Positions 8,956-18,260 are shown, counted from the first letter of the stretch. The stretch: DNA of 64,000 bases from Spirosoma fluviale (GCA_945868725.1 CAMBMU010000001.1:17402-81401), one strand, 5' to 3'. A program made the numbers and translations. Notes: generated by a model not told the origin, from the letters alone.

Positions 8956-10590
8956 TCAAGATGTCTTTTCAGATGTCTTGACCTCTTTTTTTAGACTTTT
9001 AATGGCCAGAAGAATTAGGGCGATTGCCAACACAAATAAGATGGAGGCAATACCTGCAAGGATATAGCCCTCATCTTGAAAGTTTTTCCAGGCAAATAAT
9101 CCCAAGGAAGCAAGGGTGACCGTAAACATGAAAAACATGGGGATGGTCACGAAGGTCGCGGAGATATTTTTTTTCATCAGCCACACGCCAATGGTCAGTA
9201 AGGCGAGTGCTGCAAGCAATTGATTGGCAGACCCAAAGATTGGCCAAAGTTTCTCAAACTCTCCAGAGGCAAGCAATAAAACGGAAAGGATAATGACTAT
9301 GGTCGTGGATAGGTAGCGATTTTTGGCCATCACCTGAGCAGCAGGCTGCGGCATATCCTCAAAGTATTCTTGCAAGGTAAATCGAGCCAAACGGGTGCAG
9401 GTATCTAGGGTAGTCAGTGCAAATGCGGAAACTGTCAAGGCCACAAATCCTATGGCAAAGGGTTCGGATATTCCAAGACTGGAAATCATTCCTCCTAGAC
9501 CAGTAGAAAAAAGAGCAACTGGCCCTTCTAAACTAAGGCGATCTGTGTATTCTTGCTTACTCAGAATTACTACGGCTCCAACAGAAATGATTGCCAAAAA
9601 GGATTCGATAAGCATTCCTCCAAAGCCTACAAGCTTGGCATCACTTTCCTTGTCCAACTGCTTGGAGGTAGTGCCAGAAGCTACCAAGGAGTGAAATCCA
9701 GAAATGGCTCCACAAGCAATGGTTACAAACAAGACGGGGAAGAAGTAACCCAAACTTTCGCTAGAAAGGTTTACCTCTGTACTCATCTTAATGGTAGGGT
9801 CTGCAACGAAAACCCCAGCCACTGCGGCGATCATTAAGCCATAGAGCAAGAAGCTGTTCAGGTAATCTCGAGGCTGCAGCAACAAGGACACGGGCGTAAC
9901 AGAAGCAATGAAGGCATAGAGCAACAGGCCTCCTACCCAGAATGGATAGGTTAAAGCTAATGGAATCTGTGTGCCTAGATAGACAAAGTAGTACATCAGC
10001 ACCACACCAACTATGGTGATCACTACAAATGCCACGTTTTTATTGCCCACCCATTTGTTGGCATACCCAAAGGCAATGGCCAAGAAAATAAAAAGGATGG
10101 ATGCGGAGCCTACCCCAGGATTGGCAACGAAGGTTTTGGCAATGATATCGGAGAATACCCCAATGACAAGAATCAGGGTGGAGAAACTAAAAAGAATAAA
10201 AAGCTGCTTGCCCTTAAGCCCAATTTGGTTTCGAATAATCACGCCAATGGACTTGCCATCCGTGCGTAAAGAGGCTGCCATACTACCTAAATCATGTACT
10301 GCTCCAAAGAAAATCCCTCCAACCAAAATCCAGATCACTGCTGGAATCCAACCAAAGGTCACTGCAATGATCGGCCCGACAATCGGTCCTGCTCCAGCAA
10401 TAGAGGCAAAATGGTGTCCTAAAACTACTATCGGTTTGCTGGGCTCGTAGTCGATTCCATCTCGATGGGTGTGGGAGGGCGCTTTTCGGGCATCACTAAG
10501 TCCAAACTTGTTGTACACGAATTTTCCATAAATCCGGTAGGCAAGCAAGAGAATAATCGCAGAGATCAATAAGAGTATGGATAAGCTCAT
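8956..10590 (-). CDS. cstA: Carbon starvation protein CstA (peptide/pyruvate transporter)
   Basis: GHHFASIAGAGPIVGP, LLLQPRDYLNS, IACGAISGFHSLVASGTT and LWPIFGSANQLLA motifs; multi-TM. Confidence 0.95.
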   Translation of the reverse strand: MSLSILLLISAIILLLAYRIYGKFVYNKFGLSDARKAPSHTHRDGIDYEPSKPIVVLGHHFASIAGAGPIVGPIIAVTFGWIPAVIWILVGGIFFGAVHDLGSMAASLRTDGKSIGVIIRNQIGLKGKQLFILFSFSTLILVIGVFSDIIAKTFVANPGVGSASILFIFLAIAFGYANKWVGNKNVAFVVITIVGVVLMYYFVYLGTQIPLALTYPFWVGGLLLYAFIASVTPVSLLLQPRDYLNSFLLYGLMIAAVAGVFVADPTIKMSTEVNLSSESLGYFFPVLFVTIACGAISGFHSLVASGTTSKQLDKESDAKLVGFGGMLIESFLAIISVGAVVILSKQEYTDRLSLEGPVALFSTGLGGMISSLGISEPFAIGFVALTVSAFALTTLDTCTRLARFTLQEYFEDMPQPAAQVMAKNRYLSTTIVIILSVLLLASGEFEKLWPIFGSANQLLAALALLTIGVWLMKKNISATFVTIPMFFMFTVTLASLGLFAWKNFQDEGYILAGIASILFVLAIALILLAIKSLKKEVKTSEKTS

Positions 10591-10748
10591 GGAGAATTTC
10601 GAATTGGATGATGTAAGGGTTGGTTGGGCTTGAATTGAATTTCAAAGTACTAAAAATTATTCCCTAGAAAAAGAGAATTTCTCCAAGTGGTGAGGCCTGG
10701 TTAACTCTAGAGGTGAAGAAGAAAATTTTAATTACGGAAGATTCAACC

Positions 10749-10756
10749 TAAATTTG
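10749..10756 (+). promoter_or_regulatory. Putative -7 promoter element for accD
   Basis: TAAATTTG 36 nt upstream of the accD ATG. Confidence 0.5.
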
Positions 10757-10792
10757 TCACCTTTGAATAGTTAGATCAATCAGAATAGTTGT

Positions 10793-11635
10793 ATGGCGTG
10801 GTTTAAGAGAACTGACAAAGGAATTAAAACGTCCACTGCGGAAAAAAAAGATGCTCCTGATGGTCTGTGGTTTAAGACCCCCAGCGGGACAATCGTTCAT
10901 ACCCGGGAATTGAAGAGTAATGCTTACGTATCCCCAACCGATGATTTTCATGTTAAAATTGGTTCCAAAGAATATTTTGAGATCCTCTTTGATCAAAATG
11001 CCTACACCGAATTAGATGAGGGGATGAAGTCTGGGGACCCCCTAAATTTCGTAGATACCAAATCCTACTCCTCTCGAGTTGAGGCGACAATCAGTAAAAC
11101 TGAATTGAACGATGCAGTCCGATCGGCGTATGGAAAGATGAATGGCCAAGAGCTAGTCATTGCTTGCATGGACTTCAACTTTATTGGAGGTTCGATGGGT
11201 TCCGTAGTCGGAGAAAAAATTGCCCGAGCGATAGACCATTCCTTGAAACACAAAATTCCCTTCCTAATGATTTCCAAATCGGGGGGAGCGCGAATGATGG
11301 AAGCAGGTTTTTCCTTGATGCAAATGGCCAAGACTTCTGCCAAACTTGCCTTACTTGACAAAGCAGGAATTCCCTACCTCTCCTTACTTACCGATCCTAC
11401 TACAGGTGGAGTAACGGCTTCTTATGCCATGCTGGGTGATTTCAACATTGCCGAACCTGGAGCTTTGATTGGATTTGCTGGTCCACGTGTTATTCGAGAG
11501 ACCATTGGTAAGGATTTACCCAAGGGATTTCAGAGCTCCGAATTTGTGTTGGAACACGGTTTTCTTGATTTCATTGTCGATAGACGACTGTTGAAATTAA
11601 AGCTGAGTACTTTGTTAAACCTATTGAAGAATTAA
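10793..11635 (+). CDS. accD: Acetyl-CoA carboxylase carboxyltransferase beta subunit
   Basis: [34 protein letters not shown] and [14 protein letters not shown] motifs. Confidence 0.97.
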   Translation: MAWFKRTDKGIKTSTAEKKDAPDGLWFKTPSGTIVHTRELKSNAYVSPTDDFHVKIGSKEYFEILFDQNAYTELDEGMKSGDPLNFVDTKSYSSRVEATISKTELNDAVRSAYGKMNGQELVIACMDFNFIGGSMGSVVGEKIARAIDHSLKHKIPFLMISKSGGARMMEAGFSLMQMAKTSAKLALLDKAGIPYLSLLTDPTTGGVTASYAMLGDFNIAEPGALIGFAGPRVIRETIGKDLPKGFQSSEFVLEHGFLDFIVDRRLLKLKLSTLLNLLKN

Positions 11636-11703
11636 TCAGTTAGAATACCAAAAAAGAAGTCAGAATTTGCCGGCATTTTTGGCGTGCATTCCTGATTAAT
11701 AAA

Positions 11704-11711
11704 TATATTTG
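11704..11711 (+). promoter_or_regulatory. Putative -7 promoter element for nqrF
   Basis: TATATTTG upstream of nqrF, with TTTG at 11678-11681. Confidence 0.5.
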
Positions 11712-11759
11712 TGCTCCCAAAACAGGGATTTTCCTACAAAAAAGAAAAAATAAGAGTTC

Positions 11760-13064
11760 ATGGGTTCTGTAATTATTACTTCCATTATAGCCTTCACAGC
11801 AATTATCCTGCTGCTGGTTTTTATCCTCCTTTTTGCCCAATCCAAGCTGGTGAATTCTGGAGATGTTAAGATTATCATCAACGGGGACGAAAGCAACCCA
11901 ATTGTTGCTTCTGCGGGGTCAAGCTTGCTCTCCACCCTAAGCAATCAAAAGATTTTTCTTCCGTCCGCATGCGGTGGAGGAGGAACTTGCGCCATGTGCA
12001 AGTGTATCATCGATGATGGGGGTGGAGACGTGCTGCCTACGGAAGTAGGGCACCTTAGCCGCGCAGAGCAGCAAGAACACGTTCGTTTGGCTTGTCAGGT
12101 GAAGGTGAAGCAGGACATGAAAATCCGCGTTCCTGAAGAGATCTTTGGAATCAAAAAGTGGGAGTGTGAGGTAATCTCTAACTACAACGTATCTACGTTT
12201 ATTAAAGAATTTAAAGTAAAACTTCCTGAAGGAGAAATACTTCATTTTGAGGCAGGAGGATATATTCAGATCGATGTGCCGGCCATCACTGTCAAGTTTA
12301 AGGACATGGATATTACTCCACATCCTGAGTTGGGCCACCCTGCCGATGTGTACCAAAGCGATTGGGATAAGTTTGGTCTGTGGGACTTGGTAATGAAAAA
12401 CGACGAGCCGCTATTCCGTGCCTATTCCATGGCTAACCACCCTGCTGAAGGAAACATCGTGATGTTGACGATTCGTATCGCAACTCCGCCATGGGACCGT
12501 GCCAACAACCGTTGGATGGATGTCAATCCGGGAGTTTGTACTTCGTACGTGTTTGGGTGCAAGCCAGGGGATAAAGTCATGATCTCTGGCCCTTACGGTG
12601 AATTCCACATCAATCCTACCCAACGTGAGATGATCTACATCGGTGGTGGTGCAGGTATGGCTCCTTTAAGAGCTCAAATCTTCCACTTGTTTCACACCGA
12701 AAAAACGCAGCGTAAGGTTTCTTACTGGTATGGGGGTCGTTCCAAGAAAGAACTTTTCTATGTGCCTCAGTTTAGAGAAATTGAAAATGAGTTTTCAAAC
12801 TTTAGCTTCAACGTAGGTCTTTCTGAACCACTTCCAGAAGACAACTGGAAACTTAAAACTTCCCTGGAAGATCGTGAAGGAGATGGGTACGTAGGATTTA
12901 TCCACCAGATACTGTTGGAAAACTATTTGAAAAATCACCCTGATCCAGATGAGGTAGAATATTACCTCTGTGGTCCACCCTTGATGAACTCAGCGGTACT
13001 CAAGTTACTTGATGACATGGGTATTCCAAAAGAGAACATTCGATTTGACGATTTTGGTGGTTAA
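11760..13064 (+). CDS. nqrF: Na(+)-translocating NADH:quinone reductase subunit F
   Basis: N-terminal TM helix, 2Fe-2[11 protein letters not shown]...RLACQ, FAD motif [22 protein letters not shown] and terminal FDDFGG. Confidence 0.97.
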   Translation: MGSVIITSIIAFTAIILLLVFILLFAQSKLVNSGDVKIIINGDESNPIVASAGSSLLSTLSNQKIFLPSACGGGGTCAMCKCIIDDGGGDVLPTEVGHLSRAEQQEHVRLACQVKVKQDMKIRVPEEIFGIKKWECEVISNYNVSTFIKEFKVKLPEGEILHFEAGGYIQIDVPAITVKFKDMDITPHPELGHPADVYQSDWDKFGLWDLVMKNDEPLFRAYSMANHPAEGNIVMLTIRIATPPWDRANNRWMDVNPGVCTSYVFGCKPGDKVMISGPYGEFHINPTQREMIYIGGGAGMAPLRAQIFHLFHTEKTQRKVSYWYGGRSKKELFYVPQFREIENEFSNFSFNVGLSEPLPEDNWKLKTSLEDREGDGYVGFIHQILLENYLKNHPDPDEVEYYLCGPPLMNSAVLKLLDDMGIPKENIRFDDFGG

Positions 13065-13072
13065 GTCGACAT

Positions 13073-13103
13073 AAAAAATCCTGCAACTGCAGGATTTTTT
13101 TTT
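13073..13103 (+). terminator. Rho-independent terminator after nqrF
   Basis: AAAAAATCCTGCA-AC-TGCAGGATTTTTTTTT. Confidence 0.85.
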
Positions 13104-13145
13104 AGGTATCATTTTTGATTAGTTTTAAAAACCTAAAGACTTTCC

Positions 13146-14297
13146 ATGACTATTTCTTCTTTTTTTGAGCCCGTAGAATCTGCAGTTGTAGAAAAAGGCT
13201 ACCTCGAGAATTCCATTTTTAATCAGTTATCCATTCACCACCATGCCTTCCCTGAGCTCACAGGCATTCAAATTGCGCTAGTGGGCTTGAAAGAAAGTAG
13301 GGGAGCAAGCCGTTCCGAAAGCATTGCTCGAGCAAGTTCTGAAATCCGAGAGAAGCTATACCAACTAAAAAAGGGAGGAATCCCTTACAAAATAGCGGAT
13401 TTAGGAGATCTCATTTCTGGCAATAGCCTGAATGATACCTATCAAAACATTCGGCAGGTGGGTGATTATTTGATGCGGCAACAGATTTTACCCATCTTTT
13501 TTGGGGGCTCACATGACCTTGATTATGGGCAATATTTGGCCTATCAGAAAATGAAAAAGCTGGTCACGCTACTCACCGTAGATTCCAAAATCGATATGGA
13601 AGAGGCAGGTCCAGAGAGTGATCGACATACACAAGAGATTGTCCTGCATCAACCTAATTTCTTATTTTCTTCAACGCACTTGGCATACCAGAGCTTTTTG
13701 GTGGACCCTACCTTGGTTTCTGCTTTGGAGAAGCTCTATTTTGAACATGTGCGCCTTGGGCAATTGAGAGACAACTTCAAGGAAATGGAGCCTCTGATTC
13801 GTGATGCGGATTTGATAAGCTTTGATTTGTGCGCCATTCAATCTTCGGTAGCACTAGGTGCTGTAGATGGGCAACCCTTTGGTCTATCCGGTGAGGAGGC
13901 TAGCCAAATTTGCTGGTTTGCTGGGTCAAACGAAAAATTGAGCTCTTTTGGGGTATATGGTTACGATCCCTATTACGACGATACGCACAACAAGACTGCT
14001 CAGGTGGCGGCGGTGATGATCTGGTACTTCATTGAAGGGTTTTACAGTAGAAAGGATACCCTCTCCTTCAAGAGTGCAGCCTACTTGAAATATACCGTAT
14101 CGATGGACTCTAAGCCCAACACTTTAGTTTTCTACAAAAGTAAACGCAGCGGGAAGTGGTGGATGGAGATCCCCTACAACGATGCCAGCCGATTTGAGCG
14201 AGTGAGCATCGTTCCTTGCAGCTATTCGGATTACCAACAGGCGCAGCAGGGAGAGATTCCCGAGCGTTGGGTAACTGCCCAAATCAAACTCTATTGA
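13146..14297 (+). CDS. Arginase/formimidoylglutamase-family protein (degenerate metal motifs)
   Basis: Ureohydrolase fold motifs IADLGD, FFGGSHDL, SFDLCAI and PFGLSGEEA, plus a Bacteroidetes-type C-terminal extension (FYKSKRSGKWWMEI, VPCSYSDY). Confidence 0.8.
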   Translation: MTISSFFEPVESAVVEKGYLENSIFNQLSIHHHAFPELTGIQIALVGLKESRGASRSESIARASSEIREKLYQLKKGGIPYKIADLGDLISGNSLNDTYQNIRQVGDYLMRQQILPIFFGGSHDLDYGQYLAYQKMKKLVTLLTVDSKIDMEEAGPESDRHTQEIVLHQPNFLFSSTHLAYQSFLVDPTLVSALEKLYFEHVRLGQLRDNFKEMEPLIRDADLISFDLCAIQSSVALGAVDGQPFGLSGEEASQICWFAGSNEKLSSFGVYGYDPYYDDTHNKTAQVAAVMIWYFIEGFYSRKDTLSFKSAAYLKYTVSMDSKPNTLVFYKSKRSGKWWMEIPYNDASRFERVSIVPCSYSDYQQAQQGEIPERWVTAQIKLY

Positions 14298-14545
14298 TGA
14301 ATCGCTATAGCCGGCAGCAACTAGCGCTGCGGAATGGTCAAGATAAACCAGAAATATGGGTAGCCTTTAAAGGGGTCATCTACGATGTGACCCATTCCAA
14401 ATTATGGAAAAAGGGAAGGCATTACGAACATTGGGCTGGGCAAGATTTGACACAAGAACTCGGGGAAGCTCCCCATACTGAAAAAGTATTTGAAAAATTT
14501 GAGGCCATAGGCCATCTACATCCAGATGATTTTAATAGCAGATAG
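14297..14545 (+). CDS. Cytochrome b5-like heme/steroid-binding protein
   Basis: The ATG overlaps the upstream TGA (TGATG). Motifs IWVAFKGVIYDVT, H-WAGQDLT and APH. Confidence 0.85.
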   Translation: MNRYSRQQLALRNGQDKPEIWVAFKGVIYDVTHSKLWKKGRHYEHWAGQDLTQELGEAPHTEKVFEKFEAIGHLHPDDFNSR

Positions 14546-15368
14546 CGGGTCAAGTAAAACCGATTGGCGGGTAATCCACAAAGACGGCCAAATCAGTCAA
14601 TATCGGGGAATAGGATTTAATCCCTATTACTTGAGTGTGGAAGAGATGACACAGCAGTTGAAGCAGGAATTTTTGTTGAACCTCTCTGAAGAAATTGAAG
14701 AGATTTATTACTACGGGGCTGGATGTGCCGCCCCAGAGAAGAAGGTAGAGGTACAGCAAGCGCTGCATGCGATTTTTTCAAAAGCCAAAATTCAGATAGA
14801 CCATGATCTCTTGGCTGCTGCCAAGGCCACCTGTGGGCATCATCTAGGGATTGCTTGTATTTTGGGAACAGGCTCCAATAGCTGCGATTACGATGGCAAA
14901 AACATCATTTCTTCTCGGCCAGCTGCTGGCTATATTCTCGGTGATGAAGGAGGTGGAAGTGATGTGGGAAGAAAATTTCTTCAAGACTTCATTCATGAAG
15001 AGATGCCTGCGGCTATTCGTCAAGAGGCAGTCAATCTCTTTCAGCTCTCCCAATATGGGATTCAGGAGCAAGTATATCGAAAGCCTTTTCCCAATCGGTA
15101 TATGGCAAGTTTTTGCCGCTTCATTACCGAACACAAATCAGATCCGTATTGCTACGGCTTGTTTTACGATGCGTTTCAAAATTTCTTTACCAAGCATGTA
15201 TGCAAATACCCGGATTTTCAAAATAAACCAGTTCACTTTGTAGGATCTATTGCATTTTACAATGCGGATATCCTGCGGAAGGCAGCCACAGATCGGGGCA
15301 TGCATGTTGGGATGATTTTGGAAAGCCCAATTGCAGGACTCACACTATATCACCAGGAAATGCGATGA
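14526..15368 (+). CDS. BadF/BcrA-family N-acetylglucosamine/N-acetylmuramate kinase (MurK-like)
   Basis: LIADSGSSKTDW, GIACILGTGSNS and GYILGDEGGG motifs; adjacent to murQ. Confidence 0.88.
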   Translation: MILIADSGSSKTDWRVIHKDGQISQYRGIGFNPYYLSVEEMTQQLKQEFLLNLSEEIEEIYYYGAGCAAPEKKVEVQQALHAIFSKAKIQIDHDLLAAAKATCGHHLGIACILGTGSNSCDYDGKNIISSRPAAGYILGDEGGGSDVGRKFLQDFIHEEMPAAIRQEAVNLFQLSQYGIQEQVYRKPFPNRYMASFCRFITEHKSDPYCYGLFYDAFQNFFTKHVCKYPDFQNKPVHFVGSIAFYNADILRKAATDRGMHVGMILESPIAGLTLYHQEMR

Positions 15369-16186
15369 AAAAAATTACCGAAAGTAGCTCTAGCTATGAA
15401 AATTTGGAGCAAATGAGCGCTCAAGAATTGGTCGAAAAAATCAATGCGGAAGACCACAAAGTAGCGCCAGCAGTCAAAGATAAATTGAAGCAAATCGCGG
15501 CATTGGTGGATGAAATCGTGCCTCGAATGCGTGAAGGGGGTCGGCTAATTTACATAGGAGCAGGTACGAGTGGGCGATTAGGGATCTTGGATGCCTCAGA
15601 ATGTCCTCCTACGTATGGAGTTCCTCATAATTGGGTGATTGGGCTTATCGCAGGAGGGGATGCAGCTATTCGAAAATCGGTAGAGCATGCCGAAGACGAT
15701 GCGGAGCAGGCATGGAAAGATATTCAAGCCTTTGGCTTTTCAGCCAACGATACCATCATTGGCATTGCTGCCTCGGGAAGTACCCCTTATGTTTTGGGAG
15801 GCGTAAAGAAAGCAAAGGAGATGGGCTTGCTAACGGCAGGGATTACTTGCAACCCAGATTCACTACTGGGCCAGGCGGTGGATTATCCCATTGAGGTGGT
15901 GGTCGGGCCTGAATTTGTTACTGGAAGCACACGTATGAAATCTGGTACTGCTCAAAAACTGGTGCTGAACATGATTTCTACAGCCGTGATGATCAAACTG
16001 GGACGCGTCAAGGGGAATAAGATGGTGGATATGCAATTGTCCAATGAAAAGTTGGTTGATCGTGGAACCAATATGATTATGGAAGCCACTGGTGTATCCT
16101 ATGAGCAGGCAAAGGAGCTTCTACTTACGCAAGGCTCTGTGCGAAATGCCACAGAATATTATTATAAAAATGAGGCCAAAGCTTAA
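15365..16186 (+). CDS. murQ: N-acetylmuramic acid 6-phosphate etherase
   Basis: GAGTSGRLGILDASECPPTYG, VVGPEFVTGSTRMKSGTAQKLVLNMIST and GNKMVD motifs. Confidence 0.96.
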   Translation: MKKITESSSSYENLEQMSAQELVEKINAEDHKVAPAVKDKLKQIAALVDEIVPRMREGGRLIYIGAGTSGRLGILDASECPPTYGVPHNWVIGLIAGGDAAIRKSVEHAEDDAEQAWKDIQAFGFSANDTIIGIAASGSTPYVLGGVKKAKEMGLLTAGITCNPDSLLGQAVDYPIEVVVGPEFVTGSTRMKSGTAQKLVLNMISTAVMIKLGRVKGNKMVDMQLSNEKLVDRGTNMIMEATGVSYEQAKELLLTQGSVRNATEYYYKNEAKA

Positions 16187-16228
16187 GGAATATTTTGATA
16201 AGTAGGTCAGTATTGATTCCATTCCGTG

Positions 16229-16236
16229 TATCTTTG
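16229..16236 (+). promoter_or_regulatory. Putative -7 promoter element for the pseudouridine synthase gene
   Basis: TATCTTTG upstream of the ORF at 16309. Confidence 0.55.
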
Positions 16237-16308
16237 TGCCCACTTTAAACCTTCGGTATTCAGAAGGTAAATTTATTTACAAAACTACAGCAGTGATGCT
16301 GCAACAGC

Positions 16309-17898
16309 ATGAAAAAAAATAATCCTAAAAAATCATCTTTTGGTGAGGGGAAAAAGGGATCCGGGACTTCCAAAGGGGGTAGATCCAACAGAGGAGCTTC
16401 TTCCTCAAGGCAAGAAGGGACAGGAAGAGGAAAGGGGAAGTCTTTTGGGGACGACAAAAAGCCCTACGACAAAAAAGGAAAAGAGGGAGCCTCCTCTTCG
16501 AATTCTTCTAAAGGTAGATTTTTTAAAGGCCAACCAGAGGAGCGGAGCGAGCGTCCTTCCTTACCTAGAGGAGGAGAAGAAAGGGGAGAAAAAAGAGGCT
16601 TTGGTAGCAAGTTTGCCGGTAAAGAATCAGGTGGCCCAAAGAAATGGGAAAGCAAAGAGGCTTCTTCATTTTCCAAAAAGCCGTTTGGTGATAAGCCAAC
16701 TCGATTCAAAAAAGATGGTGGTTCAGAAAAAAAGTTTGATGCTACATCACGGGATAAAAAGCCCTATGGAGAACGAAGCAGACCTGGGGATAAAAAACCC
16801 TATTCAGAGCGCAGTAGTTCCAACGATAAAAAGCCCTATTCAGAACGTAGCCGACCTGAGGATAAAAAATCCTATTCAGAACGTAGCAGACCTGGGGATA
16901 AAAAAGAAGGGTTTTCAAAGAGTGCTGACTTCGGGAAGGAGAAAGGATTTAAGAAAGATTTTTCTTCCGAAAAATCTAGTTTAGCACCTGGGGAAAAGCG
17001 AGTTTACAAAGGAAGAGGGAAGGATCAGCAGCCTGTTTATGCAGTAGAACCGAAGACTTATGGAGCAGAAACTAGCGGGGAAAAGCGCGGGTTTGGTAAA
17101 AACAGAAGCAAGTTTGTGGAGTTGAACGCCGACCGCCCGGACTATAATTTTGATGCCCTTCCTCAAAAAAAGAATAAAAAGGAATCGGAAGATCTGATCC
17201 GCCTCAACAAGTATGTGGCCAATTCTGGTATCTGTGGACGTAGAGAAGCCGATGAGCTTATCTCGAAAGGCCTTGTGGTGGTCAATGGGGAAGTGATCAA
17301 AGAGATGGGCTTCAAGGTGAAAAAGACCGATCATGTGGTCTTTCAGGGAAAGAAAATCAATCCTGAAAAGCCGGTTTATGTCTTGTTAAACAAGCCCAAG
17401 GACTTCATCACCACTACGGAGGATCCCATGGAGCGGAAGACGGTCATGAAGTTGGTTGAAAATGCCTGTGAGGAGCGAATTTTCCCAGTAGGTCGTTTGG
17501 ATAGAAATACCACTGGCTTGCTATTGTTTACCAATGATGGGGAACTGGCAGCTAAGCTTTCCCACCCTTCGAATGAAATCAAGAAAATTTACCAAGTCAC
17601 CTTGGATAAGGCCTTGACTGCCAAGGATCAGGAAGATATTCTGGAAGGGCTTACCCTAGAGGATGGGGATGTCAAAGTAGATGATTTGCAAGTGCTTTCT
17701 AAGGATAGAAACATCCTTGGACTAGAGATCCACGTGGGTAGAAACCGGATTGTCCGTCGAATTTTTGCTCACCTTGGGTACGAAGTAGAAGCGTTGGATC
17801 GGGTGATGTATGCTGGCTTGGATAAAAAAGATTTGAAAAGAGGACATTATAGGTTCTTGAGTGAACAAGAGGTCATCCGTTTGAAATATTACATCTAA
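16309..17898 (+). CDS. rluB: RluB/RsuA-family rRNA pseudouridine synthase with long disordered N-terminus
   Basis: S4 domain IRLNKYVANSGICGRREAD, LNKPK and catalytic VGRLDRNTTGLLLFTNDG. Roughly the first 290 aa are K/G/R/S-rich low complexity. Confidence 0.88.
   Translation: MKKNNPKKSSFGEGKKGSGTSKGGRSNRGASSSRQEGTGRGKGKSFGDDKKPYDKKGKEGASSSNSSKGRFFKGQPEERSERPSLPRGGEERGEKRGFGSKFAGKESGGPKKWESKEASSFSKKPFGDKPTRFKKDGGSEKKFDATSRDKKPYGERSRPGDKKPYSERSSSNDKKPYSERSRPEDKKSYSERSRPGDKKEGFSKSADFGKEKGFKKDFSSEKSSLAPGEKRVYKGRGKDQQPVYAVEPKTYGAETSGEKRGFGKNRSKFVELNADRPDYNFDALPQKKNKKESEDLIRLNKYVANSGICGRREADELISKGLVVVNGEVIKEMGFKVKKTDHVVFQGKKINPEKPVYVLLNKPKDFITTTEDPMERKTVMKLVENACEERIFPVGRLDRNTTGLLLFTNDGELAAKLSHPSNEIKKIYQVTLDKALTAKDQEDILEGLTLEDGDVKVDDLQVLSKDRNILGLEIHVGRNRIVRRIFAHLGYEVEALDRVMYAGLDKKDLKRGHYRFLSEQEVIRLKYYI
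16753..16905 (+). repeat. 36-bp in-frame tandem repeat (4.25 copies; DKKPYSERSRPG-type 12-aa unit)
   Basis: Units start GATAAAAA at 16753, 16789, 16825, 16861 and 16897. Confidence 0.9.
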
Positions 17899-17925
17899 AA
17901 AAAGGGGCAAAAGCCCCTTTTTTTT
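17897..17925. terminator. Bidirectional terminator between rluB and thioredoxin
   Basis: A7-GGGGC-AAAA-GCCCC-T8 between convergent genes. Confidence 0.85.
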
Positions 17926-18229
17926 ATACAAATTGGTTGAGTTGCTTCAGCAGTTCCGCGCTGGTGATCAGGCCTCCTTTCCGCCACAGGATCTTCCCTC
18001 TTTTGAATAGTATGAGATGGGGAATGGAGCGAATGGCAAACTGTTGAGCGAGCTGTGGATGCTTGTCCACATTGATTTTGAAGAGGGTTACTTTGCCGGC
18101 TAGCTCATCAACAACCCGATCTAAAACAGGCGCTAATGTCTGGCAGGGGCCGCACCAATCTGCATAAAAGTCAACAAGGAGTGGTTCTTGACATTGCTGT
18201 AAGACTTCTTTGGGAGATTTTTTAGGCAT
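17924..18229 (-). CDS. trxA: Thioredoxin
   Basis: VDFYADWCGPC and IRSIP motifs. ATG at 18229 preferred. Confidence 0.9.
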   Translation of the reverse strand: MPKKSPKEVLQQCQEPLLVDFYADWCGPCQTLAPVLDRVVDELAGKVTLFKINVDKHPQLAQQFAIRSIPHLILFKRGKILWRKGGLITSAELLKQLNQFV

Positions 18230-18253
18230 AAAAAAACCGGCCAATCGACCGGT
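18230..18253 (-). terminator. Terminator-like hairpin after the skp genes
   Basis: Minus strand reads ACCGGTC-GATT-GGCCGGT followed by a T-run. Confidence 0.7.
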
Positions 18254-18260
18254 CTAATTT

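Noticed and set aside
14216-14296. N-terminal extension of the cytochrome b5 ORF in the ORF track
   Set aside because: It overlaps the upstream gene. The ATG at 14297 (TGATG coupling) gives a normal-length domain.
16753-16905. 36-bp repeats as a CRISPR or TIGR-like array
   Set aside because: The units are contiguous, have no spacers, are in frame, and vary mostly in a protein-conserving way. This is a coding repeat.
16340-16984. 214-aa alternative-frame ORF inside rluB
   Set aside because: It is a by-product of low-complexity, repeat-rich coding sequence and has no recognisable motif.
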